Positions 37,364 to 47,169 of a stretch of DNA of 64,000 bases are shown here, piece by piece. Origin of the DNA: a virus (taxonomy: Duplodnaviria; Caudoviricetes); IMG/VR virus record IMGVR_UViG_3300005805_000063, positions 1-64,000 of that record. One strand, written 5' to 3'. The translations under genes were made by a program, and so were the position numbers. Positions within the stretch are counted from its first letter, which is position 1. Each line of letters opens with the position of its first letter. The notes beneath the pieces are model-generated. The model did no database searches. It was given only the letters and a program-made list of their open reading frames with translations, and was not told the origin of the DNA.

Positions 37364-40300
37364 TTACGACCTCGAATATCGGAAATAAGTTAATATACTA
37401 GCAAGTTCCAAAGGCTTATTCTTGACCGAGTCAAAAGAGTAAGTCAATCGAATAATTACATGTTTATCTCTGATGCGACCTTCTATTTCCCAAGTAGTGT
37501 ATGGGTCATCGTTTCCAGAATTAAATACAGACCTGACAGGCGCATGAACAACATATCTACGGTCCCTGTAAACGATGGGGGATTTCTCGAGATAACTGTT
37601 AACCTCATTCAGCACAACTCCATACTGACCATAATCTGTTGTTGCAGTATCCAGAGTAAACTCAATATCATTCTCCTGATTGTAGGTATATACCTCAATC
37701 TTATCAGGAGCAACCTCATTTGATACCAGGTTGAAGTAGTCAATTATTTTTGCAATGGTCACTCCGCGATTGACTACAACCTCAACAATGGTTTGAGTTT
37801 CCTGATTGTATAACTGATAGTTTGTAATATCAGGACTATTATGTTTGTGTGCCTGATTGCCAATAAAGCTGTAGAACTCTTTTCCTCTGCGTGCAAATAA
37901 ATCAACATCATTCATTGTATAGAATGAGGTGAATTTGCCTACAATCTCGCTATAGCACAAAGTCCAATCTTGTGTCTTGAATATGACTTCATTGTTGCTA
38001 ATATCATACCCGGATGCTGGCAGGCTTGCATCATGAAGATTAAGCCATGTTGATATTTGGGCCTCATCAGATATTACACGCAGACCATCTTGTACAGCCC
38101 AGATTTTCTTTTTTGCTTGGTCAATACCATATACAGCACCAGGAGTCTGAACAAGCGTCATGTTATCCTGCGCTCCAATCTCCCTTGATAGATAGGTCAG
38201 GATTGGAGGAAGTACTGTTGTAGGCTCTACAAAGATTGCGCCCGCGCCATCCTTACCAGTTTCAATACGCTGGTTGATACCTCCAATTCCTATACCATGC
38301 TGGAATACAACAAGTACATTCCCTCGATGGTTGAACATGGCTATAATAGGACCCATTGAGGTATCGTAATCCTTATAGCTGTTTTGCAAGAAAGACCTGT
38401 ATCCGTTTCTAAAACTGTTCGGTATATGACGCTCGCTATGATATATGCGATTCATAAACCGTGTTTTCTCTGAAACAATAAGATCTGAAATATTAAAGAA
38501 ACTCTTTAGTGTAGAAGTTACACTGTATCCTGGAGAATGAGCAATTGTTTCAGGAAGGCGTACTTTACGATAGTTTGTAACATCTCCTAAAGTCTTGTAA
38601 GGAAAGAAACTCCTCTCTTCAAGTTCAGAAGAATCGTATTGTTTTTGCTGTCGAAGGTGAAGATTATATTTTGATTCTTGCCACCAAGTAATAATTAATC
38701 CAGAATCAATATTCCATCTGTTTTTTGCTTCTCCACTTCCAGTAAGAAAATTTGATGGATTCCTTTCGGGCGTCTGAGAAAGTCTACGACTAACTTCTGA
38801 TATATAAGAATCCCCGCCGTAGACCGGAATAATATTTGAGATTGCAGCTGCTTGTGACCAGCTGTAACGACGAGTTACTTGTTTATAAGTAAGATTATCA
38901 ATTGAAGTATATAAATCATCAGGTGCTGCTGGATTTTGCTGAGGGTATATATTTACAAGAAACCCAGCGTTTACAGGATTTGCTCCAAACAATGAATCGT
39001 CATACGGATAATTTGCAAATCCTGAGACACAATCAACCGTTGAACCATAGGGTAGCGGAGTGAGAATATTATTGATGTTGCTCGCGCTAGGATAGTATAA
39101 ATATCTTGGACCAATTGGATTGGTACTGGCACTTCCCCCATCATAGGTTAAAGTTGCCCCTGATATTTTTACACCAAAATAACTATTATACGCCTGATTT
39201 ACCCAATATTCTTTATCGCCTGTATCTCCGACAAAACTTTGAGTTTTAAGAGCTACTGTTAATTTAGATACAAAATCGCTTCCTGTTGCAAGACTTTCCT
39301 CAGGGACAAACGAAAGTTTTTCTACAAGCTGAGCATTTGAAGCATAGGTTGAAAAATCAACCATCTTGTAATAGGGAGCAAATCTTCTATATGTTGCATT
39401 GCTAGATGCATCTGTAAAATATGGAAAAGAGGTGGATGCATTAATGGAACCTAACGGCTGTGCTGCAAATTGCAGTTTCATTAATTGCCGAAGACCTGCA
39501 CCATCTCTTTGAAGAGATGTCACGTATTCTGGCTGATTCATTAATGCTTCTCCAGATATCAAAGCCCAATGCCTCAGAACCGGAGTTCCTCCTGATATTT
39601 CAGAACTGAATATATTTCCAATCAGACTGTGTTGAAATGGAGAATTGTACCTTAAAGATACAGGCATCAATCCAGCACTCATTTCTCCAAAAGAATCTAT
39701 TGCAACACTATCCGTAAATCCATTATAGTAGTAAGCTTCTACAATAGAATCAAAATTGATAAGATGTTTAAAAACAGATAGATTATAAAGAGATGTGTCT
39801 CTGTCTTTGTAATATGGAGTAAGACTATTATTTGAATCAATTGCTTCAGTTGCAGGTGCTTTAATTGTTGGTACAAGTAATCCCTGAGTAAGCATATTTG
39901 GCCTTCTTTCTGCACGTACAAAAAAGAATCCAGCGGCTTGATTTGTTATTGTAGAACTTGATGCTAAAGAAGATACATTGACTGAAAGATATTTTGCACT
40001 CAGACTGACCATTGCTGAGTTAAATGGAGGTACAGAATTTGAATCTTCAAATGTTACAAGTCCCTTTCCATCATTTATTGCAGCAGATGTCTTATTCTTT
40101 GAGCTTATTGGAAATACAGGAGATGTACTTCCATCATTCATTATAAAGACAATTCCAAAAGCGTAGGTCTCTCCGCCCATGTACCCGAGATACTTGTAGG
40201 TATTTTCAGGGTTTGCATAGCCTTGGAGAGAACCTGTAAGTTGGAGAGTTTTGTAGGTAAGTGTAGGGGAAAGATTTCCAGCGGCACTTCTGAGAGAAGT

Positions 40301-41389
40301 ATATGTGATTTCACGCTGTTTTACATCTCCTAAGAGATAATAACCCCCAACCTGAGTAGAAGCACTCGCCGACTGAATAGTTGCGTACTCAATATCAACT
40401 TCCGATTGTGCAACTTCAGTAACTTCCTCATATCCGGTGTGTACAAATTCCATTGCACTGCCGGTAATTTCAATAGGCTCTACAAATTCAAGGTATTGTT
40501 GCAGAAGTCCGTCCTGACCAGCTGAGTAGAGAACATATATTTTAAGATACCTGAAATTAGTATCAATATTACTCAGAGAGAGTCGTACTCTTTTATTGGT
40601 GACTTGAGTTTCATCGCCACCTTCTACATTTGTCTGACTGGTACCAAAAAATACCTGACATATCGATGATTGTTCTATAACAGAGGTTCTGTTAAAATTC
40701 TCAGTCATGTAATAAAATACATACTGGTAGTTACCGGGTTTTAACTTACCTCCGCTTTCAATTGCACCGTAATCGACAACAAGAACTTGGGATGTATAAG
40801 GAATTAAAGAAGTCTCTTTTTCAACTGTACTTGTAGTGTATGAATTTGAGGCTTCTATTGCATCCCTGTTGGCAATTATTTCAAAAGTAAATGCCTCAAA
40901 CTTTGAGTTGACAATCCTTGGTTTTAAGTCTTTGATTGTAAAGCAAAGATTGACAGAGTTATCAAAGTCCTGCTGAACTTCAAGTTTTTGGATTACAGGC
41001 TTAGTGGTCGAAGTTGTTCCAAATAGATTTGTCCTGAATGGACCTAGATTGAAATTATTGAAAGGACGATATGTATTGTCAAATCCTGAACCACCATATA
41101 TGGGAGACGGATAAGAACCTAGTTCAATATATCCGTTGCTCTCATTCCAAGAAATGATATACAGGACATTTGCATATTCCTGAGCCGCTATTGCCTGATA
41201 TCCTGAAGTTAGCTGAAACGCCTCATCCGTACCCTGTAAATTGGTGACTACGTACGAGGACGACTGGTGGTTTACAATTCTGAGATTTTGGCCAAAACGC
41301 AGCGTGTCTGAAGGCAAGACCATGTCCGAGGGGTCAATGGCCATACCTTTTGTAAAGGTATTTGACTGTACGTCTTGGTTTACTCTCAT
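37364..41389 (-). CDS. Muzzle / tail stabilisation protein (crAss-like, P22 gp10-related)
   Basis: 1341 aa. N-terminal NTFTKGMAIDPSD...LRFGQNLR and internal GYMGGETYAFGIVFIMNDGSTSPVFP; beta-propeller-like composition; follows a ring-protein gene. Confidence 0.8.
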   Translation of the reverse strand: MRVNQDVQSNTFTKGMAIDPSDMVLPSDTLRFGQNLRIVNHQSSSYVVTNLQGTDEAFQLTSGYQAIAAQEYANVLYIISWNESNGYIELGSYPSPIYGGSGFDNTYRPFNNFNLGPFRTNLFGTTSTTKPVIQKLEVQQDFDNSVNLCFTIKDLKPRIVNSKFEAFTFEIIANRDAIEASNSYTTSTVEKETSLIPYTSQVLVVDYGAIESGGKLKPGNYQYVFYYMTENFNRTSVIEQSSICQVFFGTSQTNVEGGDETQVTNKRVRLSLSNIDTNFRYLKIYVLYSAGQDGLLQQYLEFVEPIEITGSAMEFVHTGYEEVTEVAQSEVDIEYATIQSASASTQVGGYYLLGDVKQREITYTSLRSAAGNLSPTLTYKTLQLTGSLQGYANPENTYKYLGYMGGETYAFGIVFIMNDGSTSPVFPISSKNKTSAAINDGKGLVTFEDSNSVPPFNSAMVSLSAKYLSVNVSSLASSSTITNQAAGFFFVRAERRPNMLTQGLLVPTIKAPATEAIDSNNSLTPYYKDRDTSLYNLSVFKHLINFDSIVEAYYYNGFTDSVAIDSFGEMSAGLMPVSLRYNSPFQHSLIGNIFSSEISGGTPVLRHWALISGEALMNQPEYVTSLQRDGAGLRQLMKLQFAAQPLGSINASTSFPYFTDASSNATYRRFAPYYKMVDFSTYASNAQLVEKLSFVPEESLATGSDFVSKLTVALKTQSFVGDTGDKEYWVNQAYNSYFGVKISGATLTYDGGSASTNPIGPRYLYYPSASNINNILTPLPYGSTVDCVSGFANYPYDDSLFGANPVNAGFLVNIYPQQNPAAPDDLYTSIDNLTYKQVTRRYSWSQAAAISNIIPVYGGDSYISEVSRRLSQTPERNPSNFLTGSGEAKNRWNIDSGLIITWWQESKYNLHLRQQKQYDSSELEERSFFPYKTLGDVTNYRKVRLPETIAHSPGYSVTSTLKSFFNISDLIVSEKTRFMNRIYHSERHIPNSFRNGYRSFLQNSYKDYDTSMGPIIAMFNHRGNVLVVFQHGIGIGGINQRIETGKDGAGAIFVEPTTVLPPILTYLSREIGAQDNMTLVQTPGAVYGIDQAKKKIWAVQDGLRVISDEAQISTWLNLHDASLPASGYDISNNEVIFKTQDWTLCYSEIVGKFTSFYTMNDVDLFARRGKEFYSFIGNQAHKHNSPDITNYQLYNQETQTIVEVVVNRGVTIAKIIDYFNLVSNEVAPDKIEVYTYNQENDIEFTLDTATTDYGQYGVVLNEVNSYLEKSPIVYRDRRYVVHAPVRSVFNSGNDDPYTTWEIEGRIRDKHVIIRLTYSFDSVKNKPLELASILTYFRYSRS

Positions 41390-41391
41390 AT

Positions 41392-42102
41392 TTATGCAGG
41401 AAGACCAAAGACCTTGCGGTCCATACTGGTCATAATGTTGAAGAGATTATCACGTTCATTTGCAGTCAGAGATTCCATAATCATGCTCTGATTTGCCTGA
41501 GCCATGTTGCGTTCTTTCCATTGTTCAACCATTTGCATGGTTTGACCATCGGTTTGTTTCAAAAGAAACAGCGGCTGGTAATATACGTACAATGCATAGT
41601 ACAGACATCCGTAGAAAGCCGGCTCTGGAACCATTGGAAACTTCTCATCATCAAGTTTGATTTCAGTTACCTCAAGGGCAACTTGAATATCTGTTTCGTT
41701 GAACTTGACACAAGGACAATCCCATACAAAATCAATAAATGGTCCTTTGAAGGCGGGGATATAATTATCCTTCAGGAGCTTGATTTCGTTGTTAGTAATA
41801 TTTGACTCATCGTACTTGAAAATCAGTTGCGGGGGGTAGTAAACATCATCAGTGACGATTGTCATACCATCCCCTACAACGGGCTGGTCCAAACGAACTG
41901 CACCACGCACCTTCCACACATTACCGGGCATGTTGATACAGTAGTTTGTAACCTGAGCCTGATATACCGACCGTTGAAGTGCGATATATCCCATTTTCTT
42001 AAGCGCATCGGCGCAAGCCTGTACAAGCTCGAACATATCCATGTCGACCTTGAACTGGGACTTAAGCCTTGCCGCTACAGCACGTATTGAGAAGTATTGC
42101 AT
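41392..42102 (-). CDS. Tail ring (head-tail adaptor/tubular) protein
   Basis: 236 aa directly upstream of the muzzle gene, as in crAss-like gene order; ring-like size and the ending LFNIMTSMDRK. Confidence 0.65.
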   Translation of the reverse strand: MQYFSIRAVAARLKSQFKVDMDMFELVQACADALKKMGYIALQRSVYQAQVTNYCINMPGNVWKVRGAVRLDQPVVGDGMTIVTDDVYYPPQLIFKYDESNITNNEIKLLKDNYIPAFKGPFIDFVWDCPCVKFNETDIQVALEVTEIKLDDEKFPMVPEPAFYGCLYYALYVYYQPLFLLKQTDGQTMQMVEQWKERNMAQANQSMIMESLTANERDNLFNIMTSMDRKVFGLPA

Positions 42103-42105
42103 GTA

Positions 42106-44880
42106 TTAGCACATTTTACTGAACTTGGTCTTACCACCCATACGATATTCAGGAGCAGAAGTAGATTTATTTTCTCTTTCTTCTTTAAGTCTCTTACGCG
42201 CTTGACGAACATATCTCATAGGAACTCCCATAGCAGAAGGGTGACGTCTATCTGGAGCAAAAGGAAGTATGGGATTATCAGTACCATTATCTATCCAATT
42301 ATCTTGAATGGCATCTCCTCCAAGAGCTATTGGTCCCAATAGACCAAACGCGGTTGACATTCTCTCACCAACTGATTTGCTATTTCCAGGAAAATTAGGA
42401 AGTGCATTGACTAATTGAGAGGCAAACTCAAATCCAGCGTTTCCTTTTGAATTATTAACATTATAATTAATATCATTTCCTTTTAATGCAAGATTTAGTG
42501 GCAGGCCTTTCCATCCTCCAAACCATTTTAGACCTGCCTCTGCCATGTTTTCCAATCGACTATCTCCAAAATTTTTACGCCTTTCTGTTCGATTCCAATT
42601 CAAACTTTTCTCTGCAAACTTTTCTGCCTTTGCTCGTTTTTGTTCTTCGCTTAATTTTGGAGGAATAATTGGAATTAGTTTTTTTGACATAGGCATTTTT
42701 AAACCCACTTGTCCAGAAGGAACTTTAGGAAGTTCTTGAAAGTTTCCAACAGCTCCAAAAGGAATAACATCTTTAGATGTTTTTTGCTTTCCTACAAATT
42801 GTGGAATTCCTCCTTTTGATACAATATATGCTTTCATTGCATTTGTCATATCTCCAATTTGAGGATTACTTTCATAAATTCCTTTTACAGTTGATAAATC
42901 ATTAGGAGTAAACTTATTTTTTGCTTTTGAAAACATAAAATTATCATAGTCTGATTTATTTGTAAACCTTGGGTCACTTGATTCGTAGTTTACAAAAAAA
43001 TTTGAAGGACTTGATGAAGTTGACTCAACTGGTTCCTTTCCATAATTTGCATTTATTTGGGTTAATTCGGCAGGAGGAAAGGAGTAACCAGTACCCCTTG
43101 AAGCAATTAGATTTCTATCCTCTCCAAGAAATTTTATTCCACTTTGCCCAAGAAGAGGTTTCTTTACACCTCCTTGAAAGACGGGAGCAGTTGCTTTAGC
43201 ACGGTTGCTTTCACCATACCAACTCTGCTGAGGATTTTTGTTAAGGTCCTGAACAGCATCTCCAGCCTGTACCCAATGGTCAGGACGACTCAGCATATGG
43301 CCACCCATTTTGTAGCTTTTTGCAGGGATAGTTTTATCTCCAAACGTAGAGTTAGGAAAATCGCCACCCTCAAACATACGAGCCTTAGGGCTTGAGTCTT
43401 CGGTAAAATTCATCATCCCGGCTGCAGAACTCCTGTCCGTACGGAGAGGCGTGCTGATACGAGCCTTCGGACTTCCCATTTGACCGCCAAGTGCCATTTT
43501 AAGTGTATCAATAGAACCTCCAAATTGATGCTTCCATTTAGCAGCATTACGGGCAAAGTTTGCACGCTTGACAAGCGTGGGTGAGTATTTCTCTTTGTTT
43601 GCAAGAACCTTGCTTGCAAATGCCTGTACTCCCATTCCTGCCCTGTTTGCAGAGGCAGTGAATTTGCCCCTGTTTTCAGGCTTGATGTGGATGCCACTCT
43701 TTCCATAGAGTTGACCGCCATTTTTAAATGGCAAAGCCCAAAGACCATTGCTCAGGGGTTTCTTGTGCGCATCGGCAGCATCATAGGGTACGTTTCCAAA
43801 CTTTTCCATAGTTCCTCCTTCTTTGTGTTGCGGTAAAAGATATTTTGAAATTTTATAAGCGTGTGTAGTTGGCATAGGATATTCTGTTACTGATTTTGCA
43901 CCCGGGAAATGGTACTCCTGTTCCGGTTGCATAATTACTTGTTGTTTTTTATCTGTCTCGGCAAATACGGGATATGGTACTCCTTTCATTGTAATATCGT
44001 TTCCGGGTATTGTTGTGACTTTACCTGGATGAGCCCATTGACCACGTGGGTCTACAATCGAGCCACCTTTTTGGTTAAACCAAAGCATGCCTCCGCGGCC
44101 AAACTTGTTTTTTTGTTCTCTATAAAACTTTACGTGAGGATTTACTTTTGATGCACTGTCATATTCTCTGTTGAATTTTGGGTCCTTTCTTAAAAGGATT
44201 TTTTCAACATACTGCCTTGGTTCAGTTGAAAAATGCTTAATCCAATCAGTATTTTTATAAATATCTATGCCTTTGCTTTTTAATTCATTTAGCTTCCTTA
44301 GAGTTGCAGTTGCACCTTGGTTGTAGGCAATTAAAGTCTTTGCCAATCTGACATTTTCTGGCTGATTCTCTACATTTATCCAAGGTCTATTATACAAACT
44401 GTTCATTATATTAGTTTGCATTCTTATTGCAATCTCTGGATTGAATAAGTCCTTTTGGCTATACTTTGTATGATATCTTTGATTATAATCTCTTCGTGCG
44501 ATATCTTTGATTTGTGCCCAACCAGCAGCTTTTGAGTCTTTGTTAAAAGCATTGGGATTATATGTACTTTCTTTATAACCCTGACTTTCTAAAATTTTAT
44601 AAGGAACTTTAGTAGATGGTACAGGTTTTTCTTTAGATGAAGTCTTTACTGGCTGTTTTTCATCTTCAGACTCAAATGGATTTATATAATCGATAGCCGA
44701 GCTAATTCCTTTCTTGATATAGTCAAGAATACCGCCACCAGTCTGCAAGTTTTTTATCTTACGCTCTTGCGCAAGCATTTCCTTAGTTGGCTTCTTTCCA
44801 CTTCCCTTGTTGGCACGAATATTATCCCACAGACCTCTGCGAGAATATGAGCCATCCTTACGTTTGATAAGGTCACTCAT
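42106..44880 (-). CDS. Mosaic virion protein containing an SLT-type lytic transglycosylase domain
   Basis: 924 aa. YKESTYNPNA (catalytic Glu), AAGWAQI, AYNQG and EPRQYVEKIL follow the SLT pattern at about 44180-44600. Additional short modules are separated by xxGG linkers. Confidence 0.7.
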   Translation of the reverse strand: MSDLIKRKDGSYSRRGLWDNIRANKGSGKKPTKEMLAQERKIKNLQTGGGILDYIKKGISSAIDYINPFESEDEKQPVKTSSKEKPVPSTKVPYKILESQGYKESTYNPNAFNKDSKAAGWAQIKDIARRDYNQRYHTKYSQKDLFNPEIAIRMQTNIMNSLYNRPWINVENQPENVRLAKTLIAYNQGATATLRKLNELKSKGIDIYKNTDWIKHFSTEPRQYVEKILLRKDPKFNREYDSASKVNPHVKFYREQKNKFGRGGMLWFNQKGGSIVDPRGQWAHPGKVTTIPGNDITMKGVPYPVFAETDKKQQVIMQPEQEYHFPGAKSVTEYPMPTTHAYKISKYLLPQHKEGGTMEKFGNVPYDAADAHKKPLSNGLWALPFKNGGQLYGKSGIHIKPENRGKFTASANRAGMGVQAFASKVLANKEKYSPTLVKRANFARNAAKWKHQFGGSIDTLKMALGGQMGSPKARISTPLRTDRSSAAGMMNFTEDSSPKARMFEGGDFPNSTFGDKTIPAKSYKMGGHMLSRPDHWVQAGDAVQDLNKNPQQSWYGESNRAKATAPVFQGGVKKPLLGQSGIKFLGEDRNLIASRGTGYSFPPAELTQINANYGKEPVESTSSSPSNFFVNYESSDPRFTNKSDYDNFMFSKAKNKFTPNDLSTVKGIYESNPQIGDMTNAMKAYIVSKGGIPQFVGKQKTSKDVIPFGAVGNFQELPKVPSGQVGLKMPMSKKLIPIIPPKLSEEQKRAKAEKFAEKSLNWNRTERRKNFGDSRLENMAEAGLKWFGGWKGLPLNLALKGNDINYNVNNSKGNAGFEFASQLVNALPNFPGNSKSVGERMSTAFGLLGPIALGGDAIQDNWIDNGTDNPILPFAPDRRHPSAMGVPMRYVRQARKRLKEERENKSTSAPEYRMGGKTKFSKMC

Positions 44881-45328
44881 GGCTAATATGATAGTTTTGA
44901 CCTGACATAATTCTCGCCTGCAATTCTTTCCTCTTCCTTCTCGACAGTCTTACGCCAAAGTTACCTTTTATTCCATTAATTACAACACTGTACTTTTTGC
45001 CGTCAGAATGCCAGTTTGCATGGCGATTATTTGGCTTTGTGTCACCGGCAATCATCCATTTGTTGCCATCAAGCGTTTCAATCCTGTCCCCGTTAATGAG
45101 GCAGTCGCTGAGATGAGTTGTAAGCATTTTACAAAACTTGCCATAAACCATACCTGCCCACCGCACTCTCCGCCTTCCAGCATTATTGTAAGGATAGATT
45201 TTTTCTAACTCCTTACGATTATCATTCAACATATCAACCATTGGTTTGGTTGAAGCAATGTCCTGTGGAGTAGTTTCCTTATAGTAAACTACTCTACCAC
45301 AAGGCAGAATATGTTGACGCTTTTTCAT
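44873..45328 (-). CDS. IHF/HU-like DNA-binding protein (divergent)
   Basis: 151 aa, basic. YGKFCKMLTTHLSDCLINGDRI resembles the HU/IHF helix-to-beta transition; IHF-like genes occupy this position in crAss-like phages. Confidence 0.45.
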   Translation of the reverse strand: MKKRQHILPCGRVVYYKETTPQDIASTKPMVDMLNDNRKELEKIYPYNNAGRRRVRWAGMVYGKFCKMLTTHLSDCLINGDRIETLDGNKWMIAGDTKPNNRHANWHSDGKKYSVVINGIKGNFGVRLSRRKRKELQARIMSGQNYHISHE

Positions 45329-45654
45329 TCCGGTAACGTCATCGGCATTTTTTTATAATACCGGCGAGCATTTTTCTGCATCTTATTTTTACGAATAAGA
45401 TAGTCCGCCGTAAGTACCTTTTCGCCATTGGCTAATTCGTTACAAAGTGAAACTTCGTCCAAACGATTATATATGGCTGTAATATCCCTTTGCCAAAGCA
45501 TAAACCTGCCTTCACCGCTTTTGGCGGTTTTCTCAGCATGTTTGAAGAATGCTTTTGTCATGCGGTAAACCACATGACGCGGCAACTCTACCCCTTCATC
45601 CCGAAGCTTATCTCTAAGCTCTTGGGAAAATTCACTTAGTTGCAGGTCCCGCAC
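45325..45654 (-). CDS. IHF/HU-like DNA-binding protein (start codon uncertain: GTG 45654 or CTG 45645)
   Basis: LSEFSQELRDKLRDEGVELPRHVVYRMTKAFFKHAEKTAKSG resembles HU helices 1-2. The track start at 45732 is a TTG overlapping the upstream gene by about 100 nt. Confidence 0.45.
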   Translation of the reverse strand: MRDLQLSEFSQELRDKLRDEGVELPRHVVYRMTKAFFKHAEKTAKSGEGRFMLWQRDITAIYNRLDEVSLCNELANGEKVLTADYLIRKNKMQKNARRYYKKMPMTLPE

Positions 45655-46270
45655 CCGGCAAATCGGTTTGTGTGTTTGCCTGAGGGCGTACCCTGTACAT
45701 GGTGCGGATGTATGATTCTGCGGTCTTGCCAATTAATGTATCAACAAGTCCTGCAGGAAAAGGATAATCACTTGTCTCAGAATCATAGTCTCCGTACAAT
45801 TCAATATCTGACGGGTCTTCAAAAACAGCCGTGATTTTGATTGTTTGCGGAGATACATTTTTGAAAGTGATTTTGCCTTCGTTGTAGCAGGCAATCGGCA
45901 TCTTTCCTGTAAACTGTTCATGTACGACATTTTCAATGTCACCGCCAGTTACAAAATGATAGCCCGACCTGTCATCACGACCACCTATATAAAGACAAGC
46001 AGGTTCTCCACTTAATTGGATAACCATCCTTGGAACTATAATATATGGTGAACGGTTGGCATCGCGTTCCACTTTCAAATTTGAGATTGTCTGAGTGTAT
46101 CCTTGATAAGGGCGACGAAAGTTTGACCTTGCGTCAATCTCCATAATCATACGCACACGCAGGGTATCGAGTTCATCCCCAACCTGCTCGCGTGATAAAG
46201 AGGTATTGGTGACCCCCTCGGCGGAGGTCACCAATTCCATTACAGATGATATAATCTCTAACTCAGTCAT
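45632..46270 (-). CDS. Tail ring protein
   Basis: 212 aa; ITAVFEDPS...DYPFPAGLVD motif typical of crAss-like ring proteins; syntenic position. Confidence 0.65.
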   Translation of the reverse strand: MTELEIISSVMELVTSAEGVTNTSLSREQVGDELDTLRVRMIMEIDARSNFRRPYQGYTQTISNLKVERDANRSPYIIVPRMVIQLSGEPACLYIGGRDDRSGYHFVTGGDIENVVHEQFTGKMPIACYNEGKITFKNVSPQTIKITAVFEDPSDIELYGDYDSETSDYPFPAGLVDTLIGKTAESYIRTMYRVRPQANTQTDLPGAGPATK

Positions 46271-47139
46271 TAAGCAATCAAGTCAGTATCGACAGTCGTC
46301 AGGGCAGTATCGAGAGTAAGACCACTCTTAACATACAACCTTACACCGTAAATCTGGTTATTATGAGCTTCGTTAGGAACAGGAGTATTACCGTAGCTTG
46401 CGGTAATAGAAGGACTTACAACTTCAAAGTAGTAAACATTGTAGCTGGCACCAGGAAGAGGCATCCAGTTGATGTTCTGGTCAATGTTGAAGTTTTTAGC
46501 CCAGTTCACATTCTTAACGGCATCGTAGGTACCGATAGGAAGAGCACCTACAACAAGCGTAGGAGTAGGAAGCGTATAATCTACAGAATAGAGTTGGATA
46601 CGAGTTCCTACTTTTTTGGAGGTAATAACCAACGTATCAGTTGCTGCAGTATACGTTACAGTAGCCCAAGCATTGGGGTCTGCATTGATGGCAGCGGCAA
46701 TTGCATTACCTACACCATCAACAGTAGTCTGAGCTGCAGAAACCTGATAACGCTTTTCGATAGGACGGTTTTGGTACTGAACGGGAGTCAGGTCAAGGGT
46801 ATCCTCAACAAGACGAAATACAGTTCCAGCTGCACAAGTGGTGCCAGTCAGAACGTAGGTTGCACTGCCCTGAGTACCGGCAGACGCAGCTGTACGAATC
46901 ATCTTAGCAGCACCGGTAGCACCATTGAAGTAAGAACCTTTTCCACCACGTGCAGTTGCAGCAGCAGCGGCAGTAGAATTAACCCAGATAACTTCGTTAA
47001 GGAAACCATCAAGGATAAGACCGCCTGTACCAGCAGTTGCATCAATATCGTTGGAAGCATATGCGGTGCCGTCATCTTCGAGAGCGACAACCTGAGAGTC
47101 AGCATTTACGATGATCTCTTTTACGGGAATTTGAAACAT
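46270..47139 (-). CDS. Auxiliary capsid (decoration) protein
   Basis: 289 aa, Ala/Thr/Gly-rich beta protein with strong codon bias like the MCP; syntenic with the crAss-like auxiliary capsid gene. Confidence 0.55.
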   Translation of the reverse strand: MFQIPVKEIIVNADSQVVALEDDGTAYASNDIDATAGTGGLILDGFLNEVIWVNSTAAAAATARGGKGSYFNGATGAAKMIRTAASAGTQGSATYVLTGTTCAAGTVFRLVEDTLDLTPVQYQNRPIEKRYQVSAAQTTVDGVGNAIAAAINADPNAWATVTYTAATDTLVITSKKVGTRIQLYSVDYTLPTPTLVVGALPIGTYDAVKNVNWAKNFNIDQNINWMPLPGASYNVYYFEVVSPSITASYGNTPVPNEAHNNQIYGVRLYVKSGLTLDTALTTVDTDLIA

Positions 47140-47169
47140 GTTACTTGAAATTTAAAAGTTAAAACTTGG

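Noticed and set aside
46363-47148. 261-aa plus-strand ORF
   Set aside because: Antisense shadow of the codon-biased auxiliary capsid gene.
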